A stretch of DNA of 45,515 nucleotides from an uncultured Methanosarcinales archaeon. Its GTDB lineage: Archaea; Nanobdellota; Nanobdellia; Woesearchaeales; JABMPP01. Below are positions 44,101 to 45,515 of this stretch, piece after piece (the first letter of the stretch is position 1; each line of letters starts with the position of its first letter). The translations under genes were made by a program, and so were the position numbers. The stretch is from NCBI GenBank assembly GCA_964604995.1, contig CAZSAD010000011.1, positions 1-45,515 of the forward strand, given 5' to 3'. The notes under the pieces are model-generated. The model was not told the origin of the DNA. It ran no database searches and saw only the letters and a program-made list of their open reading frames with translations.

Positions 44101-45515
44101 TTCAGGACAATGGGGCCCATATATTCCAATTGACCCATCAAGAGTTTATTATGGAAGAGCGTGGGTTAGAAATGCTGCTGGATCTGGAAATCATAATTTA
44201 TATTTAGGATTTGCAAATTATAACGGAACATTTAATGCACTTCAGGGAAATGGTGGAAGTTATGGTTATTGGATAAGTTCAGCTTATAGCATACCTGCAG
44301 ATGGTAATTGGTATTTAATTGAAGGATGGATAACTGGAGAAGGAACTGCAACAAACACATTCCCTGTTGGGACAAGATTTTCAAGAATGTTAATACTTGC
44401 TAATTTTGGAAATGGTGCAGGTAACGTAACTGAAATTTCAGGGATGGAAGTGTATGAACTTAACCAAAGATTTTATGATAATGTTAGTATTTTTGATAGT
44501 AGTGAAAATGAAGATATAAAATTATCTGCAAGTGGAAATTCATATCTTAATGGTGCAGGTAATGTTGGTATTGGAACAACAAGTCCTGGGCAAAAATTGC
44601 ATGTTATTGGAAATGCTAATGCTTCAGGTATTCTTTATTCCGATACATGGGCAAGCAATTATGGTGGCGGTTGGTATATGAGTGATACGACATGGATAAG
44701 AAGTTATGGAAGTAAAAGCATATATCAAAATTCTGGAACATTAAGAACTGATGGAACATTCCAAGTTGGCTCTAGCGGTGCAACATTAAGTGTTGTAAGT
44801 GGAGGAGACATGAATTTTGATAGTGGAACATTATTTGCTAGTGCCGCAAATAATAAAATAGGAATTGGAACAACAACTGTTCCAGAAGTTTTAACAGTGA
44901 ATGGAAATACTTCTGCAAGTGTATTTTATGATGCAAATAATAAAGCATATTATGTTGATCCAGCATCGACAAGTTATGTTAATGCATTGAATACTGCAGG
45001 AAGAATAGGAGTAGGAACAACAACTGTTCCAGAAATTGTAACAGTAAATGGAAATTTATCTGCAAGTGTATTTTATGATGCAAATAATAAAGGGTATTAT
45101 GTTGATCCAGCTTCGACTACAATATTAAGTGCTGCAAGAATAACAACACTTTACAATTCATCAGGTCAAACATTCTTCTCTAATTCTTGCACTTATGGAA
45201 TTGCATCAATTAGTGCAAGTGGTGCAGTTACATGCGCAACTCAACAAGGAAGCACAAGTGCAACTGTTGGTGGCTCTGGAAGTTCTGGATACATTGCAAT
45301 GTGGAATGGAACATCACAAATTAATTCATCAATGATTTATCAAGGAGTATCAGGAGTTGGAATTGGGACAACAAGTCCTGTTGGAAAATTACAAATAAAT
45401 GCAATTGATGAAGATTACACTTTCCCTAATCCAGGTACATCTGCTAGAGGTGCAATTTTCATAAAATCAACAACTAGTGATAAAGAAACTGGAATTACTT
45501 TTAGCAGCGCAGCAT
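41156..45515 (+). CDS. Giant fibre/adhesin protein 3, 5' part only (more than 1450 aa, continues beyond the window)
   Basis: ATG at 41156 overlaps the HEPN stop (ATGA). Reads MKNKKLRWNLNSLFLIIILMLFTNIAFA (signal peptide), then the same constant blocks in the same frame up to the window end. Its absence from the ORF track is consistent with no stop codon inside the window. Confidence 0.9.
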   Translation, partial: MKNKKLRWNLNSLFLIIILMLFTNIAFASIDTINTINGQNQSIGNSNQLFIDNTGNKVGIGTTKPAAKLEISGSDPLLRLTGGSNIQSDSTFSFLTTGNSAQTARFAGLLVGTSYDSTPSNGELRTSSNQNLILNARGTGIVYFQTADATKMTILNNGNVGIGSTTPPEVLTVNGNISGTVFYDANNKAYYVDPASTSILNIARITTLYNSTGQTFFSTACTYGIASISASGAVTCASAQGSTSATVGGSGSSGYIAMWNGTSQINNSMIYQGGSGVGIGTTSPGAKLVVLQPWTSSNTTAFIVNMSGGSTANYQRYIGTHSYMYTNQNWVNLDMINMLAESYFGGRLATVNMYGLLTNLTYTQDYATGSSPIGNMYGVYAQSNINYNVNSSPLQNAYAFYGKGIYINSSLTNVTNYYGLYLSAPSGAGNPINKYAIITEANSGNVGIGSTTPQEVLTVNGNISGTVFYDANNKGYYVDPATTSILNIARITTLYNSSGQTFFSNSCTYGIASISASGAVTCASQQGSTSATVGGSGSSGYIAMWNGTNQINSSKIYQNTNGIGIGTTTVPEVLTVNGNLSAGVFYDANNKAYYVDPSNSATSILTAGKVGIGTTNPTLSTLQVNGSYNVPIITVANAGANAAGLGIDSAATYWGTSLFQSTNKVFTVESNYGLLVGSGYQSSNAPANGAIIEGNIGIGTTSPSYKLDVWNSTRLYSASDYQLTLQSPNTWAGIYFVDVNGGDYMWFSGSSKTWSLGGGGSTTAGKKLSIYGSTSIGEGYNSNSPPANGTIIQGSVGIGTTTVPEVLTVNGNISGTVFYDSNNKAYYVDPASTTILNIARITTLYNSTGQTFFSTACTYGIASISASGAVTCASAQGSGITGSGTSGNITKWTGTSSIGNSILYESSGNIGIGTTSPSTQFQVSKDTTIAGSIYGPAPHNLAQIHPYITNTSIQNLFGTTSVGVYNNQSTKSGPILTFNGGVSGQWGPYIPIDPSRVYYGRAWVRNAAGSGNHNLYLGFANYNGTFNALQGNGGSYGYWISSAYSIPADGNWYLIEGWITGEGTATNTFPVGTRFSRMLILANFGNGAGNVTEISGMEVYELNQRFYDNVSIFDSSENEDIKLSASGNSYLNGAGNVGIGTTSPGQKLHVIGNANASGILYSDTWASNYGGGWYMSDTTWIRSYGSKSIYQNSGTLRTDGTFQVGSSGATLSVVSGGDMNFDSGTLFASAANNKIGIGTTTVPEVLTVNGNTSASVFYDANNKAYYVDPASTSYVNALNTAGRIGVGTTTVPEIVTVNGNLSASVFYDANNKGYYVDPASTTILSAARITTLYNSSGQTFFSNSCTYGIASISASGAVTCATQQGSTSATVGGSGSSGYIAMWNGTSQINSSMIYQGVSGVGIGTTSPVGKLQINAIDEDYTFPNPGTSARGAIFIKSTTSDKETGITFSSAA

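Noticed and set aside
11975..45515. Prophage or provirus, suggested by tail-fibre-like motifs
   Set aside because: No capsid, terminase, portal or integrase genes, and the giants carry signal peptides.

Overview
AT-rich archaeal genomic window. The gene set (TBP, MCM, RPA-like, Rpp30, SAMP/TtuA) and promoter style suggest a DPANN archaeon, possibly Woesearchaeota- or Pacearchaeota-like; this is an inference. Positions 1-11.4 kb are mostly housekeeping: rpp30, a tRNA thiolase plus ubiquitin-like sulfur carrier, TBP, MCM, RPA-like, SpoIIM and MoxR-DUF58-VWA. Positions 11.4-45.5 kb are an accessory island of three tandem, same-strand giant secreted fibre/adhesin genes: 3319 aa, about 5350 aa, and a third of more than 1450 aa that runs off the window and is missing from the ORF track. 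All three are built from shared near-identical constant blocks that alternate with variable cassettes bounded by GIGTT motifs. Some cassettes are near-exact DNA copies between positions or genes, and some have foreign high-GC codon usage. The two complete genes end in a phage-tailspike-like D-x-A-E chaperone domain. The giants are separated by toxin-antitoxin-type modules (two MNT-HEPN, one RHH-PIN). The first MNT-HEPN is bracketed by an exact 20-bp direct repeat that duplicates the 3' end of giant 1. Giants 1 and 2 are each preceded by a small DNA-binding protein gene with candidate operators, including five 17-bp palindromes before giant 1. The best candidate for a novel system is a recombination-shuffled, TA-guarded giant adhesin array.
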